From positions 124,001 through 188,000 of the forward strand of contig JBODTK010000105.1 of the NCBI GenBank assembly GCA_050613775.1: a stretch of DNA of 64,000 bases. Direction: 5' to 3'. Of the stretch, positions 28,784 to 39,130 are shown in pieces (the first letter of the stretch is position 1; the number at the start of each line of letters is the position of its first letter). This stretch comes from Neocallimastix sp. 'constans' (Eukaryota). The position numbers and the translations under genes are program-made. The notes beneath the pieces were generated by a model. The model saw only the letters and a program-made list of their open reading frames with translations. It was not told the origin of the DNA and did no database searches.

Positions 28784-29882
28784 GGGAGAGTTGCATTTCG
28801 CCAAGTGGCGTATTATCAAAATGTTGCATTTCCCAAGTTGCATTTCGACAAATGGCTTATTGATATAAGTAAATGAATGAATAAATAAATAAAAATTCAA
28901 AATAATTTTTTTAAATAAATAAAAATTCAAAATAATTTTTTTAAACTTGTTTTTATTATATTTTATAATTAATTACAGATATTTTTTAAAATAAAATAAT
29001 TATTAATAATATTTAATTATAAAAATAAATTTAATTATAAAGATATATTTTAATATTTTGTAAAAAAATAATATTATAGCAATACTTTAATTATAAAAAT
29101 ATATTTTTAAAATAATAATATTTTATCATAAAAATATATTATAATGTTCTTAAGCTAACCTAATCTAATAAAGATTAAAAATACTTTAATAATTATTGTA
29201 TTTATTCATTTATTCTCTTTTTAAAATAATTTTTACTATTAAAAAAATTATTATTATATATTTTAATATTTCGTAAAATAGTAATAAAATAATAATTTAT
29301 AATATTTAATTATAAAGATATATTTTAATATTTTGTAAAATAGTAATAAAATAATTATTTAAAATATTTAATTATAAAAATAAATTTAATTATAAAGATA
29401 TATTTTAATATTTTGTAAAAAAATAATATTATAGCAATACTTTAATTATAAAAATATTATAAGAAAAACTTTTTACATTTTTCTTAAGTAGGTAAATATT
29501 ATTTTTATTAATTCATTTATATATATATTTGTAAATAATAATAATATTATTTATAATTTAATCGTCATTATTATTATTAATGACAATCCTTTTATAATTA
29601 TAGCAATAGTGTTTATATTATTATTTTTTTTATTAATTATATTACTATATTGTTTATTTTATTATTATTTTTTTTTTTATTTATTATTTATCAATTTATT
29701 ATTTATTTAAACAGATATTTGTAAAGCTATTTATATATGAAAAAAATTTTTTTAATATTTAAATATTTACTTCATAATTATAAATACATCAATATTAAAA
29801 ATATTTAATTTTATTTATTTATTTATTTTATTTAATAATTCTCAATTTGGCGAAATGCAACTTGGCGAAATGCCCCACACCC
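28784..29882 (+). mobile_element. Non-autonomous Mutator-like element (MITE), about 1.1 kb
   Basis: Perfect 9-bp TSD CTTTTTAAC (28775-28783, 29883-29891). Termini are GGG...CCC with repeated TTGCATTTCGCCAA subterminal motifs inverted at both ends. The interior is AT-rich and non-coding. Confidence 0.85.
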
Positions 29883-30188
29883 CTTTTTAACAAAAAACTA
29901 GTTTCTGGCATTAATATATATGTGTAAAAAAAAAAGGAAAAAAAAAAAAAAAAAATTAAAAAAATTAAATTAAAAAAATTAAATGATAAAATAAATAATT
30001 AATAGAATGTATAATAAAATAAAATGAATGAATTAAATCTAATATATTATAAGTCATAATGTAAGGGGAAATCTTAAAAATAGATCGTCAATAAGATGAA
30101 AGCCCATCATGCTTTTTTTTATTATTGACAAAAATTAATTATAAAAAAAAAAAAAAAATACATGGCTTGTAATTGTTATTATCTTTAC

Positions 30189-30220
<32 letters not shown>

Positions 30221-30523
30221 TTGATTTTGATTTTTTTTAATTCTTCTCTATATTAAATTAACAAATAACAAATAAACACACACTCTCTATACATATTATT
30301 AATGGAAAGGAAAGGATGAATGATTTTATTCCTATTAAGAGACGGACATCACTAAACACTTAAAAAAAAAAAGATGTTAAAAAGATTGTTCATTTCTTTT
30401 CTTTTTTTTTTTTATTTTATTTTTTTTAATTTTTTTATTTTTTTAATTTTTTTATTTTTTTTAATTTTTTATTTTTTTTTAATTTTTTTATTTTATTTTT
30501 CGTTTTATTTTTTTTTTTATAAT

Positions 30524-30886
30524 TGTTAGAAAATTAGTATTTTTAGTTTAAATTTTTAATTAACACTTTGTTCAATACTTTTATTTTATTATAATTTTAA
30601 ATATTAAATATTAAATAGTATATTATAAATAAATAGGATATATTACAATAATATATAGTTTATATAGTTTATGATACAAATAATATAGTTTTGAAATTTT
30701 TTATAAGCCTCTTTTATATTATTTCTAATAAGTCATGTATTTAATATAATAAATATGTATGTTCCATTGAATGTAATTTTTATGAATATAAAAATATTAA
30801 ATCATGTATTATTATTAAAAAATAGGTTCTTTAATAAAAATAAAACTTTTAGTAAAAAGTAAATATTTATTTACGATTTTTTGTCA
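30524..30886 (+). repeat. Copia 5' LTR
   Basis: TGTTAGAAAA...TTTTGTCA, a direct repeat of 50809-51171. Confidence 0.95.
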
Positions 30887-30900
30887 GATTAAGAGTCTCA
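30887..30900 (+). promoter_or_regulatory. Copia primer-binding site complementary to the anticodon arm of tRNA-Lys(CUU) (half-tRNA priming)
   Basis: GATTAAGAGTCTCA abuts the LTR. Its reverse complement TGAGACTCTTAATC is the anticodon-arm sequence of typical eukaryotic tRNA-Lys(CTT). Confidence 0.75.
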
Positions 30901-31029
30901 GTGACTCTCTAGTGTTTTTAAGATACATTTATGTGTGAAAAATATATTGAGGAATTTAGTAATTAGTTATAATTAGTGTTGTCGATAATTGAGTAATCGA
31001 CAAAATAAATAAATAAAACTTTTATAAAT

Positions 31030-31657
31030 TGTAACGAATATTGGAATATCCGTGTTTTAAAGAGTGTAACACAATAGGTAAGCACTTTTTGATTAATAAG
31101 TAATTTGGTTTTTTAAAATATAGTTTTATTAATTAAGAAATTTAAAAATATTAATTATAAAGATTAATTATTGTAATATTTCGAATTACTTATTAATTAA
31201 TTCAATAATTAATAAAAACACGAAGAAAAATATTTTCATTCGTGAAGTTCGCACTATTTATACTTTTAACGGAAAAACAGTTTTAACATGTAAAAATAAT
31301 TTTAAAGAAATATTTAGAAACATGTTTGTAATAATTAATAATGTAAAGTTTCTAGAATATAGATTTTAATTGATGAAAATGAATCTTATCAAAAAAGAAT
31401 AAAATAATTTATATAATAAGAATTTCTAAATTCATTTCGGTTAAATTACAAACCGAAAGAATCTTTAACTTTCTATAATTTTATACAGAAAGAATATTCA
31501 AGAAGATATTATTAATAATTAATAAAATAATTAATAAAATAATTATTTATGCAAAATGGGTTGAGGTGTGAGTCGAACCCATGAAGTATTGGTCATGGTC
31601 AATGTAACTAACCATTGAACCAAGGTTCTAATTTTACTAACTGAAGATTTCGTTACA
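31030..31657 (-). repeat. Gypsy-1 3' LTR
   Basis: Matches 36420-37034 with one mismatch (31505 G vs 36895 A). Confidence 0.95.
31553..31629 (-). promoter_or_regulatory. tRNA-like Pol III cassette (A box, B box, T4 terminator) inside gypsy-1 LTR U3; second copy at 36943-37019
   Basis: On the minus strand, TGGTTCAATGG (31622-31612) and GGTTCGACTC (31579-31570) have tRNA-like spacing, followed by ...CCA TTTT. The acceptor stem does not pair, so this is not a functional tRNA. Confidence 0.6.
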
Positions 31658-31984
31658 TGGTCCGCCTCCAGGATTCGGATACCAGACGAATCTAACAGTT
31701 AGGCATAACTATACTAAAATTAAGCAAACTAAACTAAACTAAACTAAATTAAAATAAAATAAAATATAATAAAATAAAAATAATTAATTAACCATTTTAT
31801 AGTACGAACTTTTTTGAATAAAATTACATGATATTAATAAAGTTACATGAATATAATATATAATAAGAATACATGAATATTAATAATATTTAATAATATA
31901 AAATAATATTTAGTAATATTGATATTAATAAATTAATATAAGTTTAATATTAATAAAGTAAAGATTCATTTTCAAGTTTTAATT

Positions 31985-34900
31985 TTAGTTATTATTGTTA
32001 AATTCTTTTAAGAGTTTAGGGCAATTTAAGTTTTCTTCGGGTTCCCAAGATGCTTCAGATAAAGGATAGCCTTTCCATTTAATAAGATATTGGGTTTTGC
32101 CATAATGTTTTCTTTTATCAAGAATTTTTTCAACTTCGTATTCTTCTTCATTGTCAATAATTATCGGTGGTGGTGGTTCTTTCTTTCGTCCAAAGTGATC
32201 TTCATAAAATGGTTCAAGTTCAGAAACATGTATTACAGGATGGATTCTGATTTCTTTTGGTAAGTCTAACTTATATGAAACGGGAGAAATTTTCTTAATG
32301 ATTTTATATGGACCAAGTTTTCTAGGTTTAAGTTTTTTATTTCCATTATGAATTATAAGTGAACTATTAATCCACACTTTATCACCAGGTTTAAAATTTG
32401 GAGCTTCAATACGATGTTTGTTAGCGAATTCTTCTTGCTTTTTTCTTGCTTGTTGTAAATTTCCATTAAGTGTTTTAAATAATTCTGAAAAATCTTTTGT
32501 AAATTCATCAGCTCTAGGAACATCTGTACTGTTTGGAATTGATGGTGAATATCTTGGATTATATCCATAGTTTGCATAAACAGGTGAGTGCTTAATTGAT
32601 TCTTGAATTGAATTATTATAACTGAATTCTGCTAGGAATAAAAAATTATACCAATCAGAACCTTTAAAGTTTGAATAACATCTTAAGTATTGTTCAATAA
32701 CGGAGTTCACCCTCTCCGTCAAACCGTTAGTTTGGTGATGGGATGGAGAAGAGAACTTCAACTTAATGTCGAGGGCATCGCAAACAGCAGTCCAAAATTT
32801 AGAGGTAAATTGGGTTCCTCTATCGGATAGAATTTCATTTGGTAAGCCGTGGAGTCGAAAGACGGTTTTCAAAAAAGCAGAAGCAGTGTCAGGGGCGGAA
32901 GGAACGTTTTCAAAAGGAATAAAGTGGCACATTTTAGAGAAGCGGTCGACAATGACAAAGATACAAGTAAAACCAGAAGATTCAGGGAGATCGGTAATAA
33001 AATCCATAGCAATAGAGATCCAAGGGCGATTAGGAATTTCAAGCGGTTGTAAGTATCCATAAGGATTGTGTCTTGAGTCCTTAGAACGGCAGCAAGTTTC
33101 GCAGGAGCGAATATAGTCTTTAGCATCAGAGTTAAGCGAGGGCCACCAAAAGTCGCGATTTAAAAGATTAATTGTTTTTCGAATTCCGAAGTGACCAGCG
33201 GAGGGAGAGTCATGGCAGATCTTAAAAGCGTGTGAGCGGCAGTTAGGCGGAATATAAAGTTTGTTGTCAAAGAGAAGGTAACCGTTACTAAGTGAGAATT
33301 TATCGATTTTAGGATGTGGGATTGGGAGCTTGTTATTTCCAAGGTAGTCACAAACGTTATGATAAAATGAATCGTTTTTACATTCGGAAAGGATTTCTTC
33401 AGTGAAAGGTACAGCGGAAGTTGGGAAAGCAGCAAAGTTTTCAGGACGGAGCACTGAGAAGGGGATTTCATTAGAATTTTGTTCAGAAGTAGCATAATCA
33501 GGTCTTCTTGAGAGCGCATCGGGTTTTCCATTGATTGAGCCAGAGCGATAGACAATTTTGAAGTTAAACTCGGATAAGAATAGAGACCAACGAATAAGCC
33601 TTTGTGTCATCTTTTCAGGTTTTTTCTGATAGAGAAGGTTGCGATGATCAGAATAAATTGTAAACGGTGTAGGTGTTCCTTTCAGAAGATGTCGCCAGTT
33701 TTCCAATGCAGAGATGATTGCTAAGAGCTCCTTATCGTAAATCGGGTAGTTTCTTTCTGGTGAAGTAAGAGATCTTGAATAAAAGGCAATGGGATGAATT
33801 TTATTATCTTTTGAAGAAGTTTGGGAGAGAACAGCACCTATAGCAAAATTACTGCTATCGGTTTCGACCATGAATGGGAGATTTCGGTCAGGATAAGCGA
33901 GAACGGGAGCAGAAGTAAATTTGGATTTGATTGTATTAAAAGATTCTTCAGCTTCTTCGGACCAGAGAAATTCGGAGTCTTTCCTTAAGAGAGCATTGAG
34001 GGGATGAGCTAGTTTTGCGAAATTGGGTATGAAGCGTCTATAGTAATTGGCTAAACCTAGAAACGATTGAATATCTTTAACACATGTTGGAGTAGGCCAT
34101 TCGAGTATAGAAGAGATCTTTTTTGGGTCCATAAATATACCATTGGAGGAGATTCTATGACCAAGGAAATCGATAAATGGAACGCAGAATTCGCATTTTT
34201 CGAGCTTTGCGTATAATCCTGCTTTACGGAGTCTAGTGAGAATTTCAGCGAGATGTATCCAATGAGAATCCAAATCAGGAGAAAAGATAATTATATCATC
34301 AATGTAGCTGAAAGCGAATTTTCCAAGACAGTCTTCAAGAACGTCATTTATGAAATGTTGGAATACTGCTGGTGCATTTTTCAAGCCGAAAGGCATCACG
34401 CGGTATTCGTAGTGGCCATAAAACAGTTTTGCATCGGGTTTTAGTTTTATCTCACAATCATATTGACGATGAGGTGGTAGTTTGTTGGCAGATTTTTCAT
34501 CGAAGACATCAATAAATTGCAAAAGCTTTTCAGGAAGATTGTTCGTTTCAGGTTGATTAATTGATTCTAGGGTTTCATCATCAAGTTGGGGTTCTTTTTC
34601 TGTAACGTGAGCAGTGAAAGTCATAGGAATAACCAGGCAATTATTAGTGCAATAACTTGATTTAAAGCAAAGTTTCTTTTCAGAGAAATTTATCATTGGA
34701 TTATGGGTACAGAGCCATTCAGAGCCAAGTATGCAGCAGTAAGAGGGTAAATCGATGATGTAGAATTCAGCTAAGCATTTGTGATTATCATAAGTGAGGG
34801 AGAGTGGCATGGTTTTGCCTAATATAGTTTGATTTCCACCTATACCGGAGACTTGTGGGACAACATTTTGTTTTTCGAAGGGAATATTATTTTCTTTTGC

Positions 34901-35844
34901 GAAGTAGATATCCATAAGATTTAATTGTGATCCGGAGTCAATTAAAATTTTGGTTTTAACAGAAGCGTTTGAGGTACTTATATTGAATTCAAAGGTTGCA
35001 GTTTTAACATTGGGATTATCAGAGAGTCTTGGTCTTGGTTTGGTTGTTTCTGGATTTGTTACGTAAGTAGTATTACTGCTTGTACTGTTATTATTGTTTC
35101 TTTTTCTGTTTTTGATGGGGCAATTATCAAGTTGGTGGTCAGTAGATCCACAATAGAGGCAGAGGTTTTCCTTTCTTCTTCTTTCTTTCTCTTCTTTTGA
35201 AAGGGGTCCATGGGTTTTATTAGGTTTGGATTGAAAAGGTTTTTTACCAGCGTTTCTTTTAAAATTGTTTCTAGTATTACTATTATTGTTGTTTTGTCGG
35301 TTGGTTAAGTTATTAAAGTTTCGATGGTTTGATATGCGGCTATCGATTCTGGAAGCAATTGTTTGCATTGCGAATAATGAACGGGGTCCTGGAAACATTT
35401 CGAGTATTCTGGTAGCTATTTGGTCTTGTAATCCATCCAAGAAAGCATCCATCTTGGCTTCTTCGTTCCAAGATGAATCATCAGCATATCGGTTGAATTC
35501 CATGATGTAATGTTGAATATCACCGATTCTTTTTTGCTTTATTGTTCTTAACCTATGGTTTGCCACGAAAGTTGCGTCATTATTCCCAAAAACCGATTTC
35601 ATTCGTTCGATGAATTCTTCGTAATTACCTAGGCATGGATCCATGTTTTCAATTAACGTTGCTGCCCAGTTCATAGCGGTTCCATATAGTCTTGAAATAA
35701 TGTATACCACTTTTGATTCATCATCAACGAATCTATCTGGATAGATCATAAAAAGAAGTTCAATTTTAGCGAGGAATCCTTTAAAATACCTTCTATCGCC
35801 GGCGAATCCATCCTTGAGTGTTGCATTACTATTGTTTACTTCTT

Positions 35845-35848
<4 letters not shown>
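31985..35848 (-). CDS. Gypsy-1 Gag-Pol polyprotein (Gag-CCHC-protease-RT(partial)-RNase H-integrase-chromodomain)
   Basis: Motifs [34 protein letters not shown] and SDRG..F integrase, GPY, and a C-terminal chromodomain [19 protein letters not shown]. The likely start is MEEVNN at 35848, since the upstream ORF part is poly-A. There is an in-frame deletion of the RT N-terminus. Confidence 0.92.
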
Positions 35849-35904
<56 letters not shown>

Positions 35905-36140
35905 TATAATTATTAATTTTGATTGAATAATAAATATACAATATAATTAATTATTAGAAGAAGTAAATATTTAATTTCAATATAAATAATTTTAATTTCA
36001 AGGATGGCTATATGGATTATTGAAAATATTAATAATTTTAATATATAGTAAAATTCAAGGGTTCCGATTGAATTTATAAATTCATGAATGAATTTTGGTA
36101 GAAAAGTTTATAGTCTTGGTAAGTGGTTTCAAAAATAGTA

Positions 36141-36374
36141 GAAAATGGGATTCCTTAACGGGGTTCCAAAAAGAGTAATAGAGAATGGGATTACTTAACG
36201 GGGTTCCAAAAAGAGTAGTAGAGAATGGGATTCCTTAACGGGGTTCCAAAAAAGAATAGTAGTAAATGGGATTCCTTAACGGTGTTCCAAAAATAGTAGT
36301 AGAAAATGGGATTCCTTAACGGGGTTCCAAAAATAGTAGTAGAAAATGGGATTCCTTAACGGGGTTCCAGAAAG
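36141..36374. repeat. About 40-bp tandem repeat x6 in the gypsy-1 5' UTR (core AATGGGATTCCTTAACGGGGTTCCA)
   Basis: Six visible copies with a conserved core and variable A/G-rich linkers. Confidence 0.9.
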
Positions 36375-36409
36375 AGTAAAAGTGCAAAGGTATTGTGCTT
36401 AGTTTAGTG

Positions 36410-36419
36410 GTGTTTTTAT
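36410..36419 (-). promoter_or_regulatory. Gypsy-1 self-priming PBS (ATAAAAACAC), complementary to LTR positions 36611-36602
   Basis: There is no TGG tRNA-type PBS. A perfect complement lies in the LTR about 35 nt downstream of a TATAAATA box (36652-36645, minus strand). Confidence 0.7.
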
Positions 36420-37034
36420 TGTAACGAATATTGGAATATCCGTGTTTTAAAGAGTGTAACACAATAGGTAAGCACTTTTTGATTAATAAGTAATTTGGTT
36501 TTTTAAAATATAGTTTTATTAATTAAGAAATTTAAAAATATTAATTATAAAGATTAATTATTGTAATATTTCGAATTACTTATTAATTAATTCAATAATT
36601 AATAAAAACACGAAGAAAAATATTTTCATTCGTGAAGTTCGCACTATTTATACTTTTAACGGAAAAACAGTTTTAACATGTAAAAATAATTTTAAAGAAA
36701 TATTTAGAAACATGTTTGTAATAATTAATAATGTAAAGTTTCTAGAATATAGATTTTAATTGATGAAAATGAATCTTATCAAAAAAGAATAAAATAATTT
36801 ATATAATAAGAATTTCTAAATTCATTTCGGTTAAATTACAAACCGAAAGAATCTTTAACTTTCTATAATTTTATACAGAAAGAATATTCAAGAAAATATT
36901 ATTAATAATTAATAAAATAATTAATAAAATAATTATTTATGCAAAATGGGTTGAGGTGTGAGTCGAACCCATGAAGTATTGGTCATGGTCAATGTAACTA
37001 ACCATTGAACCAAGGTTCTAATTTTACTAACTGA
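36420..37034 (-). repeat. Gypsy-1 5' LTR (major part; remainder at 45106-45118)
   Basis: Direct repeat of 31030-31644, split by the gypsy-2 insertion at CTGA. Confidence 0.95.
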
Positions 37035-37530
37035 TGATAAGAATGTACTAAATAATGCATTCTTAATTAAATCTACGATTTATTTCTAATACATTATGTG
37101 TACATTATTATTTTTGTACTTTAATAAATTTTTAAATCCAAAGATCAAAAATTAAATCAAAAATTATATTAAACTTTATATTTTTATATTAAATCTTATA
37201 TTAATAGTAATATTTTTATATATTTAAAACTTATATTAGCAATATTAATAATAAATCTTATTTTTTTTATATTAATAATGAAAATTTATATTAATAATAT
37301 TTTTATATATTGATAATTAAAAATTTATATATTATATTTTAACTTTTTATTATAAAATTTTATATCGAAATGTTTTATTTTATATTGAAAAATATTTTAT
37401 TTTATTAAAAACCTTTATATTAGAATAGTATTTTTATTTTTATTTGAATATTTTAACAGATTGTAATAAAAATTATAGCCAATTAAATAAATTCTTATTA
37501 GTAATATTTTAGATATTTTTAAATAAATAA

Positions 37531-37610
<80 letters not shown>

Positions 37611-37911
37611 TTTTATTAATATTATAAATGTATTTTATTTATATTGTTATAATTAAATTTTATATAATTAATTATAAAAATCAATTTAAATTTAATAGTT
37701 TTTAAAAAAAAAAAAAATAAATAAAATGTAATTTAGTGGCAAGAACAACTTTTATGCCTTGAAAAAAAGTATAAATAGTTGTAAATTTTGCTACTAATTT
37801 TTAAATATCATCAAATAAAATCAAATAAATTTATAAATAAAAATAATAAATAAATAAATAAAATTTGTGTTTCCTTACTTTATTTTTATTTAATTCTCTA
37901 AAACCTTAACA
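37035..37911 (+). repeat. Gypsy-2 5' LTR
   Basis: Repeat of 44226-45101, with an internal poly-A of about 75 nt and a TATAAATA at about 37770. Confidence 0.95.
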
Positions 37912-37917
37912 TTTATA

Positions 37918-37937
37918 TGGTGGAGATATCGGGGAAT
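37918..37937 (+). promoter_or_regulatory. Gypsy-2 PBS, complementary to the 3' end of a tRNA-Ala
   Basis: TGGTGGAGATATCGGGGAAT resembles the reverse complement of eukaryotic tRNA-Ala 3' ends (..CCCCGGCATCTCCACCA). It lies 6 nt from the LTR. Confidence 0.7.
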
Positions 37938-38934
37938 TAAATAGAAATAATAGTAAATAACATAGATTTTTTTTTAATTTTTTTTTTTATTTTATATTGA
38001 TAAACAAGTAAGTCGTTAATCCTTTGATTAACCCATGGCGCTTGTTTGATATATATATATAAAAAAAATTTTTTTTAAATAAGTAAAATTAAGATTCTAA
38101 AAAAACAAATTTTGTAAAATTATAACAAGGAGCGGATAGAGCTCATACACAGTGTATTCTCAGATAGCAACAAATTAACTCTATTCATAGTAGGTTATTG
38201 AATAGTAGTTAATTTGGAGATTAATTGGAAAGTAGACGAAGGTATTTGGTTACCGACCCGGTAATAATAGTTCAACCTTCAACGTTTCAACACACGAAGG
38301 TGCGGGTACTTTCCAAGCACTGGCGAATAAGGAGCTTACGTCACCGAAGGCGTAAGATTGTTTTTTTTATATAATTTTTTTTACTTTTCTTTGTGCTAGT
38401 TATAAGGCACTTTATTATATAAAGTATCAGACTTTGGCTAACTTCGCCATTTAAATTTTTTTTATTTTTTTTTATTACTGGTACTTTATTTGTTATATAA
38501 TTCCTGTAATAGAATCTTAATTTACTTTGAAAATATTGTGTTTTTAGTTAATTTTTATTAGTTAATAAAAATATTATTGAATACTTTTAAAATTTTTTTA
38601 TTCCGTACATAGATTATCGGATTAAGTTTATCCTACATAGTAATTGGGCTAGTGGGCTCTGAACTGCTATATTTTATATTGAATATAGTAATCGTGGCAC
38701 ACGCGTGGCATGACACCATTAGGTAAGCTGCACGTCAGACAGTGTGTACTATCAGATTGTACGACAATAAAGATTATTTTTTTGTATTTAATAATTATAA
38801 TTAATTAATAATTTTATTAGCTATAACAATACAATATTTATCGTTTAAAAAGAAAAATTTTTGAAAGGTGAAAATAATAAATAAAACTTTGCTTCTAAAT
38901 TTATTACTACAAATATACTAAATTACAAAATTCA

Positions 38935-39130
38935 AGTGGTCGATAAAGATTTCGAGCTTGAAAAATATTCTATTAAGTTGTCGATAAAGATTTCGAACTT
39001 AAAATTATTCTATTAAGTTGTCGATAAAGATTTCGAACTTAAAATTATTCTTAAAAAAGTAGTCGAAAAGAACCTCGTGCTTTATAATTTCTACTAAGTT
39101 GTCGATAAGGATTTCGAGCTTATACTTACT
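38935..39130 (+). repeat. About 40-bp tandem repeat x5 in the gypsy-2 leader (AAGTTGTCGATAAAGATTTCGAACTT...)
   Basis: Five diverged copies, each an imperfect palindrome AAGT..TCGA/TCGA.CTT. Confidence 0.8.

Noticed and set aside
24868..29882. Single Pack-MULE or composite transposon carrying the RNAP-like gene
   Set aside because: Each flanking MITE has its own distinct TSD and the outer flanks differ (ATTTTTAAA vs CTTTTTAAC), so they are independent insertions.
25300..30520. Endogenous giant-virus region around the RNAP-like gene
   Set aside because: There are no other viral-type ORFs and no gene-dense segment; the gene stands alone in host-like AT-rich DNA.
31553..31629. Functional tRNA gene
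   Set aside because: The acceptor and T stems do not pair. It is kept only as a tRNA-like promoter cassette.
31658..31680. TGG-starting tRNA-type PBS on the plus strand after the left gypsy-1 LTR
   Set aside because: The element is encoded on the minus strand, where this sequence occupies the PPT position. The spacing to the T-loop-like motif is also one base short for a tRNA 3' end.
35849..35941. Poly-Lys N-terminal extension of gypsy-1 Gag
   Set aside because: It derives from a poly-A tract upstream of the probable ATG at 35848.
36141..36374. CRISPR-like palindromic repeats with variable linkers
   Set aside because: The linkers are short and homologous to one another, and the array lies in a retrotransposon leader.
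38315..38336. HDV-like ribozyme suggested by TGGCGAAT
   Set aside because: I could not find the P1/P2/P3 nested pseudoknot partners; it is reported only as a generic structured RNA.
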